A stretch of 64,000 nt of DNA from Lingula anatina. Its lineage: Eukaryota; Animalia; Brachiopoda. Position 1 is the first letter of the stretch. Every line of letters begins with the position of its first letter. The notes beneath the pieces were generated by a model. The model was given only the letters and a program-made list of their open reading frames with translations. It did not search any database and had not been told where the DNA came from. The stretch spans positions 1,860,001 to 1,924,000 of the forward strand of contig JBPQGU010000016.1 in NCBI GenBank assembly GCA_051362555.1, in the 5' to 3' direction. A program made the position numbers and the translations under genes. Shown here in pieces: positions 1 to 13,000 of the stretch.

Positions 1-1146
1 CACTGAGAGTGGAGAGAGAGAAAGAGAATCGAATCCATTTATAACACAGCTTATTAACAAGTGTCACGCAGAGTGCAAGCGGACAGTTTCATTCTATAAC
101 AGCAGATAATATCTGCAACTATATTCTAATGTTGGCAAATACACAGAATCGAACGTTTTGTTTGAGAAACCGCTGCCGACCAGAGCACGTATTTATAAGT
201 TAATTTATCGCGTTTTAAAGGGTTTTGATTCTGGAGACACAAATATCTTCTTTTGCACTCCCCATGTCAAAAGTAAGATCTCAATGTACACAGAAAGTGA
301 CGAACTGACGCCTTGTTGGGTTACCCACCACATACTAAAGCACTTTCTAGTATACGTGATCACCAGGTATTTTTAATGAGCAGGCTTGATCTTATTTTAT
401 TAAATCTTATCAACAGATCATATTTATTTTCATTTTATACTTGTAAGAGGGAAAGGAATAGGGTTTAACTTTATAAAAATAACATCAAAATGTTAGTTTC
501 GGAAATCTGAAGGGGGGGGGCTGTCCTGCCCCATCTCCCTTGTATGATTCGGCATGACAGGTCCATGTACAAAATTGTACGTGACTTAGTGATAACACGT
601 GTTCCTGAGCGAGCGAGACAGAGAGAGAAAGGAAGAGAAAGAGAGAGAGAAAAAAAAAAGAAAAAGAGCTACAGAGAGAGAAAGAAAGCACGCACACACA
701 CACACATCATTTTTTTCACCCAAGCCTACCCACTCTACCACGTAACTTCAACGGACATCATCTCACAGACAATGAAAACCTATATCCGATCACGTGCGTG
801 ACAGACACCACATTAATATCCGTACATTAGCTTATTAATCAATCAAAAATGGCAAAATTGTGTGATTTCCGTTGGACTAAGGAGCACTGCAATTGCGAGG
901 CAAGTTGAGTAAATTTAAACGTGAACCTGTAAATCTTTGAAACATGACGCTTTATTTTGATGTCGGCAGGTTGTCTTTATCTCGTTTTGAATGACACATT
1001 GAAGCGTGAATAACAAGGCGTCGCACTATCTGTTCGTATTCCCTTCACAGATGAGACAAAAATGCTCAACATTTTAAACAAGTACAAAATATATGTAACA
1101 AAAACAAATGCATTTTACGGTATCCAAATCAATCCATAGCTGTGCA

Positions 1147-1152
1147 TATAAA
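1147..1152 (+). promoter_or_regulatory. Putative TATA box of the Argos-like gene
   Basis: TATAAA about 78 bp upstream of ATG 1225, which starts a signal-peptide exon. Confidence 0.4.
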
Positions 1153-1224
1153 CCAAGAATCGTGGCATATTTAAGGATACTTTAGCCAGCGACACGCAAA
1201 AGTCTCATTTTGCGAAGTTAGCTC

Positions 1225-3539
1225 ATGATGGTCTTTTCAAGAGTTTTGGTATGTCTGCTTCTTGCTGTCTCCCACAGCGCATACGGAGCAACCACAAGTC
1301 GTAATCCCCTGACGATAGTTCTGCCAGAGGTTTGTATTTCTGGGATAATTTTGAAACGCCAGGAGCAACAGGGCAACTGCATTTTTAAAACTATATTTTC
1401 GTATATTACTCTGAAAATGAAATAGGCGGATTTTGAACAAAAACAGCTCCAAAATTAACGCTCGTGTTGATCATTTTTCAGCGTTGTTTGATCCTTCTCA
1501 TTTTAATAGCATTAAATTTTCATTAAAACTTACAAGGGTAAGACTTATTATTATTATTATCATTATAAGTAGTAGTAGTAGTAGTAGTAGTAGTTGTAGT
1601 AGTAGTAGTAGTGGTAGTAGTAGTAGTAGTAATTTCGTGCGCCTATATAGGTTATTTATAAAAAAAATACATGTATATGGAAATCATAAAATAGAAGGAA
1701 TTCGAAAATGCTTTGGTTATCATTATCTTTGTCAGTTGTCATTCATTTATTCAGGGTGTTGACAGTCAAACCGACCTCCCAACATGTACTCCTACACAAG
1801 TATGCAGCGAGGTGCGTCCGTATCTCCCGGCGTGGCTCTCCACCGCCAGATCTTCACAAATGAGAGACGTCACATGGTTGCCACGCAACGCTACCCTGTT
1901 CTGTAAGTGCCCGGATGAAGCCTCGCCCTGTGCGACTTCGTTTGGGTTTGACTCACTCTCAGGGCAAATATATAATGGCGCCAAGTTGCACACGTGTGGA
2001 GCACCGTCTCCTGTGCCCTACTGCGCCTTTTCAACCCCGGGAGTTCTAAAGAAAGAACCTGTTAAGAACGCTGCAGGGAAGGATACGGTGAAAATTGAAT
2101 TGAGCTGTAGGTGCCCCGGCGACAGCAGAGCCGTGTTTTCAGATCCAAAGCTGGAAATCACGACATTTGAAAACGAGATAAAGACTGTGGATATCTCGTG
2201 TGAAAGGGTAAATATATAAACATTTTCCTATAAATGAAAATGAAAACTTATCTTTTATTATTAATAATGTATGAATGGTATAAATTTAGGAGGCATTGGG
2301 GGGGGGGGGAGGGTTTATTCCTTCAATGACGAAACGAGTGGATGCTCTAAAGGGTAAAACTGACAAATAAACAAGGAAACAAACTTAAAATACATTTAAA
2401 ATCCAGTTTCTAAGGTGTTAATTTGAAACCCTCAATGTTGCGATAAAAGCGAGGGTGCCGTTACAATGGCAGATCCAGGGAGTGGCCTTCTTATTATACT
2501 TGTAGTTAGAATATTTTCGTCGAATTTTATACTTGCGGAGTACCGTTAGGGGATTACCCGCTGATGTTTTGAGCCCACTGTAAGAGCATTCAGAACAGCG
2601 GACGAACAGACCCGCGGATCAAATATGGCCGATCCACTTGAATGCTTGTTGCGTATTCAGTGTCTAACCGGAAATTAACCGGCAAGCTTTTTAGTGAGTC
2701 GCTTTACTTGATCTGCAGGTCTGTTAGTCAGTTGTTCTGAATGCAACAGTTTTGTCAAGCATCTTACCGTTGTCAGGTGTCAGAAATTTGTAGCATTGAA
2801 AACGATGCTGAGTCTCCTCAATGTTTGGACGTGTCTTACGAGTACGGGGACGAGAGCCAAATCGTACTGGGAGATGTTTCAAGGCCTTGCAGGTAATGTT
2901 ATGGGTAACGTGATGACTTACCGCTATATAATGACGTAAACGTAATAGGAAAATGACGTGGTGATTCGTTCTTTGTGTCATAAAAAATGAATGATGAAAT
3001 ACGAATGTCAACTCGCAATTTATGTTATCTCCAAGACTCGTCAGTGAATATAACCTGACCTGTGACGTAACCAAATAATGACGTTAAATATCTGCATTCT
3101 TCAGTTGTGATCAACATATTTGGATGGTGATAATGAAGTAGTCTTCCTCTTTAGGACTGGAAACTCAAATACTTTCAGAATCTCTCGGTTTTTCTTTCTG
3201 TTAACGTTTCTAGGTGTCCCGGTGGGAACACTTGTTTACAGTATTATCGCCATTGGTCTCGGTTAATGCAAGAAGCAAGAACTGCCATAAGACGGAACCG
3301 CAAGACAATTTCACCTAGCATGATGCAGAGATTTAATTATCGTGTAAAGAGAAAAGAGCTGTTGCCATTATGTTTTCCTGTAAGTATCTTATTTTGATAA
3401 TTTGAATTCATATTTAATAATTGAAATTAGAGCTTCCATTAATCAATTTTTTTTTTTTCTATAAATCTGTAGGCCTATAGAATATTTTGTTACGGCAATT
3501 TTTTAACAGAAAAATGATCAAATAAAAATGCACACACTT

Positions 3540-3586
<47 letters not shown>

Positions 3587-6500
3587 TTTGTTTGTTTATT
3601 TTATGTTTTGCAGGGAAGTCTCGAAAACTCGACTGAATATTTCAACGAGGTACGTTGAATCCCTTTTGCATTTACACCAGATAGAAGAAAAGAAATTGTA
3701 CCTTGATTAATTGAACGTTTGATAGGAATATGCATTATTTCAGAGTGTTATCACTTATGTTCATGGTTTAAATCATGAAATAATGTTGTAGGAGCTTATG
3801 GTCATAACCCTGATTACACTTTAAATTACACTTTGAAGTGTAATGACATTGATGTAACACTTTCCGTGGCGGAAACTGGGATAACACTTTCCGTGAATCT
3901 GCACTGTTTAAACCGGGTGTCAGGTGTACGGTCCGTTCTGCGTGAACCATCCGTCCTGACTGATTGCACACGCAGCAGACGCGTGTATGAGCCGTTCCGT
4001 GAATGATCCGTTGTTATTCACCTGTACTGTTATATTCGGCTAGTTCATTTCCTACCTCATTATAAATTAACTAGCTATGATGGGAATATTTCTAGGTAAA
4101 ATTCGCGTGTTAATTGATAATTCTGATAGAGAATATTTTAATCAGCGTCAAATTACAGTTCGACGCATGGATGAACCTACCGTGGACGAGCCGTCGTTAT
4201 TCAGCTATTTTAGTATTGATTTAGTATTGATTTTACTTTTATTTTATAGGCTAGTGTGTTGATATGGCCACCTGAGGGAAATCGCAGTAGAGGTGAAAAA
4301 CTAAAAGATATGAATACTTCTAAAGATTATGTTTGAATTTGCAGTTTGTTCTCAACAGTGCATGTTTATTGAAGGCTAAGAATGTATAGATGACTCGCTA
4401 GAGACGGACTGTACACGCCGGAAGTCTCTCAGATTTGCCTGCACTTTGTGCGCATGAGCGGATCCTCTTGGCTATTTGTTGTATTGCGTGCATAACTCTC
4501 TATATTTCTTCCTGTTCATTTGTTTTTCATATTGAAGGACACTATATTTTAAAAGAAAAAATAACGAATGGACAAGTCGATTTTTGCAAATATTGAACAA
4601 AACGTGTGCGACAATGAAGTATTTGAAAAGCTCTGCTGATTACTTCAAAGAGGTTATGTTTTCACCCATGTTTGTTTGTTTGTTTGTCATCAACATAACT
4701 CAAAATGTTTGGATGAATTTCGATGGAGTTTTCAGGGAAGGTCAGAAATGGGTTAACTTAGAAGTGATTAGTTTTTGGTGGTGATCCGGATCAATAATCA
4801 ATCAATAAACAATAATCAAAAATAAAAAAAAGCTAAGTTAAGTACCGATTTTGATGAAATTTTCTGGAACTGTCAGAAGTGGGCCAAGGAACAGATGATT
4901 AGTTTTTGGTAGTGATCCGGATCAATAATCAATCAAAAAAACAAAAATATAGAAAATGTCGGGGTGAAACGGCATTGGATGGAGACTTAGCTGCCTTGGC
5001 GGAGGTCTGCGCTCTCTGAGTGCTTTTCTAATTTTAAAGTTATTTGTTTATTTTATTCATTCGTTCACTTATTTATTCATTATATTTATTTATTTTTGTT
5101 GCATGAGTCTACCAAGGGCGTGACCTTTATTTCCAGGGCGTAAACTCCGATGATCAGTTGCCTCAGTGTTCCCATCCTAACCAGCTGTGCAGTGTGGTGA
5201 AGCCGCATTCCTTGGTATTAGGGGTACGAGCGCAAAGCTTCTATTACATCGAGTCTCTCCAGCACAGTTGCTTTAAATTTCCCCATTCGTTCATTGTACA
5301 CTGATTCATCCGGATCGATTGTGGAGCGGCAATGGAACACAACAATGTGATCGGTATCTTAATTGCTTAGAATAGATAAACAAGCAAACAAACAAACAAA
5401 CAAGCAAACCGACAAATGAACAATAATAATTATATTATTAATTTATATATTAAATGAATAACTAAATTAATAATTTCCAATTTTAGAGAAAAACAATGAC
5501 CAAAACAGTCACCAAATATTGTCGCTGCAGTGGGGACAAACCTTGCCGTGACGATTTCACCCCAGATCCTGTCAGGAGTCTGATAATCGGGGGTAAACAA
5601 TATCACACCTGCAAAGGCAACGCTGGTGTGCCTTCTGAGGAGAGGCCTTATCAGGGTAGGTCTCCGCATCTATGCAGGGGCGGATTGAAGCCGTCTTCTG
5701 GGTCTTCCGGAAGACGGCCATATTTTCAAGTTTAAATTGACGGGTAGGCCTATCTAATTTTTTCTGTCGGAAGACGGTCAAAAATGGATGGATCAACAAA
5801 GATTATTTGAAAGACTGTCAGAAAATATCTCTGAATCCGCCCCTGCTATGTGTAGCACCTGTTGTGAGATCGGTGTCTTTATTGTCGAAAACTGAGACAT
5901 TTTATATAGGGTTTTCATGTACCAGAAAATATGTAATATCCTGCGATGTGTTATGTGACACGTATCACGTGACATCAGGTGCGACGCGGAAACTGCAAGT
6001 GTAAATATACAAATATATCGAAATATTAACGAATTGAATACTAGGAGAATTATTAATAAAAATTCCGAATGTTAAAGGGGTTTGAAATGGAATACAACAT
6101 CACTGAGATCTGATTCCCACGTTTAACTTCTATTTGCGCCATTTAATTTATTTAGAAGTATGAGTATATTACACATTTCATTGTCTCTAGTATAAAAACA
6201 TTACAAAGATATGAAAGAGATTTAACGTTCTTAGATTTTTTAACGTTTTGATCCTTCATCAAATGACATTGATCACGTGACTGACTGGTCTCATATCAAA
6301 AGTACGTAGATTGATGCTACATGTAGGCCTACCTACCATTTGGAAAGAGAGATACAATTATCTTAGAAGTTTGATAGATTTGAGGTCAACATTGGGAAAG
6401 AAAAGTTTCTTTGCAAGATATTTTCACATAAAAAATATGACTTTAGAACATTTTTAAACACGGACCTTTGAGCTTTTTAAAATATTTTATTGATTTACAT

Positions 6501-7980
6501 ATGGTACATCGCTCGATGCGAAAAAGGCCTTACGTTTTTATCACGAATAAAAATGTTTATGATCTTACGTAGCAATGGTATGTGAAGTGAAAACAGTCTA
6601 CCCAAACACCGAGTTTACGTGGACGGAGGCCAGGGCCGGCCTATCCAGTGACCAACTTAAACCTTATGACGTCAGCAAATACGTCACGCTAGACTGCAAG
6701 TAAGATTTGACGTCATATCTTGTTTCGGGATCGTAAAGGGGTGTGGTAGTGGTTTTATTATTAGTATTTTTTTGTCTGGTAAGGGGTTGTTTTCAATAAT
6801 GTTAAATTATAGAGCATGCAGAAATATTCGAAGACTTGGACAGTAACAAATGGAGACAGCTTTCGTATCATTTGCGCAAAATGCTTATAATAATCCTACT
6901 AGCACCTCCTTTCTTCTTCTTTTACCCTTTTTTTTTAAATTTTTTTCTTCTTATTCTTTTTCTCTCGTCACACATTTTTTATAAATGCATGTTATAATTT
7001 CAATGAAAAAGAAAACTCTGCCCTTCCTCAAAATATGATTTCTCTCTCTCTCTCTCCCTCTCTCTCTCCATCGTGGCAAAGGTAACAGCACCTTTTTGTT
7101 TTATCTCTGATCATTTCAGACCACAGGGGAGTAGGTACGGGGCCACCTTTCGCACAGGAGAGCTCAGCAGATATGGGGCTGGAATGGCAGGCGTCGACGG
7201 AAATCTGACATTAACAACGTCCCGTAAAACTGATTACATATCGGTGAGTTTTACAAATTAACATTCCTTAGGGCTCATTGCCAATTACGCTATAGTTCTA
7301 CGTAGATCGAACCAACTTCCCGTGAACTCTTGCTGAATTCAATCCGATTAACAGATTGACGTGCTTCCTCTCAGTGTTGAGTAGAATACAGAAAAACTCG
7401 TAATTGTACGAATGTTTTGGAAGCAAGAGAAGGAGTGTTAATCTGTTAACCTGATCGCATTTTGTAACTCCGCGGAGTTGGATCGATCTACGTAGAGCAA
7501 AAGTTTCATCGGGAATGAGCCCCGAATTTTTCTTTAATTTACTTTTTGATTATTTGTATTATTTTATATAATATTATAATTCAAACTTTTCTGTACTGCC
7601 AGGTGAACCACTGCCGTTACAAGAAGGAGTCTGACGTCTGTGGGACAGTTACCCTTAACTACCAACATCTTTACGTCACCACTCAGAAACCTGCCTGGGA
7701 GTTCGCCAAAGCCGAGCAAGACTGTATGTAAGTATAGACAATTTATACACTCAACTTGATGTCAATATCATCTTCTCTTTTTTTCTTTCAAGAATCACTA
7801 ACCTAATTAACGTACTTCCGGTTTAAATATATGAACATTTTCCACAGGTGCCCCAGTGACAGCATCTGCCCGATAGAAAAGTGGGTCAAGGACGTCCACA
7901 CCGGTAACGTCACCGACTTGACGCCTCGCTACAATGGTCCGGTTACCGTCACGATCCGCTGCCAGAAGAAGCCAGAATAA
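1225..7980 (+). CDS. Secreted Cys-rich protein with two tandem Argos (giant-lens)-like modules, ~546 aa, 11 exons
   Basis: Phase-consistent GT-AG exons: 1225-1329, 1755-2207, 2777-2892, 3214-3379, 3614-3649, 5137-5223, 5487-5655, 6573-6699, 7120-7243, 7603-7727, 7848-7980 (TAA). Signal peptide MMVFSRVLVCLLLAVSHSAYG. Module 1: GVDSQTDLPTCTPTQVCSEV..FCKCP..C..HTC..VPYC..SCRCPGDS..SC..C..C..PCRCPGGNTC. Module 2: GVNSDDQLPQCSHPNQLCSVV..YCRCS..C..HTC..C..FTWT..DCMCPSDSIC. This matches the recalled Drosophila Argos pattern (GDSEEDLPVCAPNAVCS..QCRCP..LPVC..YTWT..HCRCP..LCQCPKGHRC). Confidence 0.8.
1549..1630. repeat. (ATT)n/(AGT)n microsatellite in intron 1
   Basis: Directly visible simple repeat. 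Confidence 0.9.
2587..2660 (+). mobile_element. Fragment of a dispersed MITE family (terminus GAGCATTCAGAACAGCGGA)
   Basis: The motif cattcagaacagcgga..gatcaaatatggccga..ttgaatgcttgttgcgta recurs at ~16430, ~28030, ~39535-39750, and as an inverted pair at 47564-47724. Confidence 0.55.
4640..5032 (+). mobile_element. Non-autonomous Helentron/HINE (DINE-1-like) element
   Basis: 5' gaggttatgttttcaccc plus (GTTT)n, internal gatccggatc repeats, and 3' ccttggcggaggtctgcgctctctgagtgcttttcta. A second copy lies at 23912-24158 on the minus strand. Confidence 0.7.
7271..7523. mobile_element. MITE with long imperfect TIRs in an intron of the Argos-like gene
   Basis: gggctcattgcc..tctacgtagatcga..ttaacagatt is mirrored by aatctgttaa..tcgatctacgtaga..ggaatgagccc. 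Confidence 0.65.
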
Positions 7981-8852
7981 ACATGACGCCAGATAGGACA
8001 TCTGATTTATTGTGACCAGGTTACATGTCATGCTTGCCGTACCGCTACTATGACTAATTAAGTGCACTTCACGGTCTGGCAACTGTAGTGAAAAGATAGA
8101 AAGTGAGATCAAATGAGAGAGATAAACCTAATTTATTTGTTAATTTTTTTCATTTATGGCTTTATCTATTTCTTTTAGATATATTTGCTTTTCGACTCAG
8201 TCACAATGTTGGTTGAGAGTACTTCATGTATGTTTCAGGATTGAGCAAGGGGATACCGACCATCTTCAACGGCACTTTTAATGTTAATGATATGATAATC
8301 GCTTTCTGAAAAAAAAATGTTAATCAAGCATTCAAGAGAACAATTATCAGACACCAGTAATACTAAAACAAACCTATTGTATTATTAAATAAGTTGAAAT
8401 TTAATTTTTTCCACTATTTTGGTGCCACAACAGTAGCAGAAGCAAAAGCTGTCTTGTCCCTGAATATGTAATTTATGCATTTGGCTCATGAGCAAACACG
8501 GGGGGATTCAATTTTTTACTAAGGCAAGGACACACAGATATATATTTCATAATTCGCTCGGCACCCTTGCCTGATAGAATGTTACCCCTTATGGTGGTCA
8601 CCACTGTGGGATCTGTTGGTCGAAATGATACACTTTAAGTTTATAGGCACGGTGCCAGCCAGTCAAAAAGACTGTTGGTGCCATATTGCTGGTATTGATT
8701 ACATCCAGGTACATGTATATATTGTTTATTTGGTAAAGCAATATGTTATTTGAGACGGCCTAAAACTGGTCTACAGTATGGGAGGTGTTGTGTTTTTTTA
8801 AGGAATGGCCAAAAGCAGTACACTGCAATGTTAAACAATGACACTGCTGCAA

Positions 8853-8887
<35 letters not shown>

Positions 8888-10032
8888 TAATAATAATAAA
8901 TAAATAAATAAATAGTTAAATAAATAAGTAAAAATAAATTAAAACAAAAATAAAAATAAAAATAAAAAAGCAGGGTTTGTTGCCCCACATGTCCAGTTAA
9001 GTGTCGCCCACGTGCACCCTGCGCCCACCTCTGGGTGTGCCATTAAATCTGGTCGATGACTATTAAAAACTAAATATTATCTATCAAACAAACTCACGGA
9101 GACGACAACGTGCCATTACCGGCTAATCGTGCTTAATTGGTCAACAGAATAAATAGGGTTAATGTTTGTGAAACAAAGTGACAATAGCCAATCAATGTAT
9201 TAAGTAACACCACTGATCAATGTGTCGTTGGTAACTGAGCTCGTCAAATCGATATTGTAAAATTAAGATAAAATAAAACCGCTCATTGAGTATTTAATGC
9301 GCTATCCACCAGCCACGCGTAGAATGCTTTCAGATCTGTCTCGGGGAATGTGATTTAGACCTTGAGGTAAGTTATAATTAGTAAGGCCCTCTTCACAAGG
9401 AATTACATCGTTACAACTATTTTGTGCGGCATCAGATTTAAACGTCATTTTGGTTCAGCCGATAGTGAAATCACCCATGTGAAACAAGTTAGACGGGGCA
9501 ATCTGCCGTCTGTACTTTGTGTTACAAAATCGATGAACTGCAAGTTAATATTGTCATAAAAACTGAGCGATAGATTTCTTTTCTCAGCTAAGAGGAAAGC
9601 AATTGGGAGAAGAGCAAAAGTTAGTAAATCACGTATTGAGGCAATCTCAAGTACTGTGACATATTTTCAGTCCGTTATTTTCTCTGGAGCCGAGGCAAAC
9701 TCTTGATGGACTTTGCTTGGTTGTCAGAAAAAATACAATTGTTGTGCGGCAAATCTAAGAACCCATAGTTGCTAAAAAAGGGACAGACAATCTAACGTCA
9801 CAAACCATTTTGTGTTTTATACCTAAACTGGACAAAAAATAAGGAACAAAGATTGCCATAGAGCCTGCTCTACACACAAAAAGCTGCAAGGATTCAAATA
9901 AAACTGGTTATCAAATTATTTGACTGACTGAATGAACATTTGATAGTCGCTTTATCGGGAATAAAGGCAGTTGCAATGCGTGCACATGAAAGCCAGTTGG
10001 ATTCATATAGCGCAAGGATACTTGGATTCAAA

Positions 10033-13000
10033 ATGGACGCGAAAAAGAGTAAAACCACCAAGAGCACAATGACAAAAGTGCACGACATCTCCACCGCGCA
10101 AGCCAACGTGGATAGTGAGAAAGAAGGCCCGGATGCAAAATCCCACTGCTTGACTTTCGTCAACGAAGTCAGCATCCTTGGCGTCAAATATGTCACCAAT
10201 CAAAACCTCGCTTTGCTTCGAAGAATTATCTGGCTCTGCTTCGTTCTGGCTGGTTTCGGCTTCTTGATCTACCACCTTCACAACCGGATTTCGTACTTTT
10301 ACCGATATCCCTCATCAGTCAATATCGAACTGAATTACCCGGATTCCATCCCGTTTCCGTCCGTGACCATTTGCAATAATAACAGGTTCCGAAAGAGTAG
10401 TTTAAACGCTTCTGGGGAATTGGACGTAGGGTACCTGTATACGACACCCAATACGCAAACCACACGGAATCTGACCGGTTATAACTGGACGGAATTTTAC
10501 CGGACCCATGGTCATCAAGCAGAGCAGATGTTAGGGGCCCCTGGGGTAAGGCACCTCCTCTAACACCGGTCTGACGAAACTGAGGGTTCGTGTAACAGAG
10601 AGTTCCATTTAATTATACAGGTTAGGGTTAACCTGACGTAAGTGTGTCAAAATCTAAGGTGAGGCTTACCTGTGAAAATTGTTGGAAACCGAACTCTCTA
10701 TCAATTGGGACTCTCTGTCACGTCACACCGGTCGTGCGACCACGTGGAGAACGGATGTTTGGTACTTTACAAATATTTGATAGCTAACATCAAATTCATA
10801 CATCTGTGGGGGTGAACTTTTTATATTGCAGCCTTTTTTATATACACATTAATGAGAGTTGGCCAATCGAGGTTCTCCTAGCGGTCGCAATCCCGTTGTA
10901 ACAGGCTTTTTTACCTGTACACATATTAACAGATTTATGTGATACATACATGGATCATTTCATATTATTATTATTATTATAATCATTATTCTATTTTTTT
11001 TTTGACTCAGGCCTGCCGGTGGAACGGAAGATATTGCTCCCCCTCACAGTTCACTGAAGTCATCACAGATTTGGGCTTATGTTTTACATTTAATCACGGT
11101 AAGTTATCCTTTAGGATTGCCATTTTTTATGCATGCTATGTATGGTCCGGATATTTTCTAAGACCCAATTCCCACAGATTTTAGATCGATCCATCCCTGT
11201 GGGGAGTCTCACTACATTATTGTCACCTCAGCCGGCTTAAATGTCCGTCCCGCCTACTTAAAGCTGTAAGGAGGGTAATTAATTACCGTGCGCGCTTGGC
11301 TGACAGCAATGTAGCGTGAACCCCCAGGGAGTTAGATCGATCTAGGTGGCTAGTTTAATCATGCTTTGCTTACCCAGTTGATTATAATGTAAGAATAAGG
11401 TAATTAGTTAGATTATGCTATGATTACATTATATTGTAAAAGTTAAGTAGGTAGTTAAATATTTTACCGCTTTCTATGACTAATGCAATAACACAAAACC
11501 AAGCAAAGCAATCCTCGTGATTTTGCAAAAATTTAATCGACCACATGCATGCATGCGTATTACTATTATATCTTTGATGTCAAGACTACCAAAGACCTAA
11601 ATAATATTTTTAAAGTCTCCTGTGCTGATCCTGTCTTGGCACTTTCCAGCATAAACCCTTTTGGATGTAACGGTAGATACATCACACGCACGAAATGATA
11701 GACAAAGTGTAGGTCACCAAACTTAACGCGAAATAGAGGAGATAATTGAAGAGGCGTACAGCCGTGTGATTTTGTCTTGGCACTCTCCAAAGTAATCGCT
11801 ATTGGGTGTAACGGTAGACACGCACGAAATGATAGATAAGGTGTAGGTCACCAAACTTAACGCGAAATAGAGGAGATAATTGAAGAGGCGTGCAACCGTA
11901 GACGTTATTGTACGGTGGAATAGCTGAGAAATAACGGAGATGAAATTAAATTGGTATCAAACGCTATTTCTTTGTGTTTTCTTGATTTTGTGACAGCTTT
12001 ACATTTGACGTAGGGGTCTGTCTTTTATTGTATGTTTTACAAATAATGTCGTTTCCAACTAGTTGAAATTTATCAATACATGCACAAGCTTAATCAGTAT
12101 GAACCATATCCTCCATAATGTACTTCACTTTTGCAAAAGATTTGTCCACATTCAAATCTTTTCAGGTACATAATGCACATATCAAATACCCAGGCTTAAA
12201 CACCAGATTTCAATACTGTAATAGGCCATCAACTTGAAGTTATAGGTTATCGCTTTAATCCAACACTAATGGCTTAAGTCACATACATCTCAATATTTAG
12301 ATAACTGCACTAAACACATACGTGAGTAGGGTATAAGTATTAGTACAGCTAATTAATCGACAATCAATTACATTAAACAGCCAGGCGTGTCGCAAGCCTA
12401 CTTTGTTGTTATTAAGTTAAAAAAAGCCTCTAGGAGCACGAAACTAGAAGTTTACTGTGTTTTTATCGGACGTTAAATATGATCTACTTCAGTGAAATAT
12501 AAGACCATAGTTTTCCACTGTAATTAAGCAAGTTATCAACGGGAAACAACAACGACATCTTCCCATTTATAAAATTGGAGTTACATTGGGTTTAAATGGA
12601 CTGCTACTGATCTATCTACTTGTCTGCCGTTATGACAAAATAGTCAATGGCCCCATGGCTACTACATAAAATAGACGTATTTTCAGCGGCCTGTCCGTGA
12701 AATTTTCGTAGTCCGATTGCAAGCATTTTTATTGTCCCTTTCAGTGATTTGAACTTATTTAGCTAAGCATTATTTTCAGGGGACACTGGTCTGCAAACCA
12801 AAATCATTGGGTCGACGTTTGGTCTCACGTTGATTCTGAACACTGAACAGTATGACTATCTGGATACGACGTTTAACGCCGGATTCACAGTGAGTATATA
12901 CTGTTCAAAGTGTGAAGAAATTCAGAAAGGTATGTGAATGTTTTTACAAAACTGATTTTCAACGAAAGTCAACGTTGTATTGGCCCGGGATGTTCTTAAA

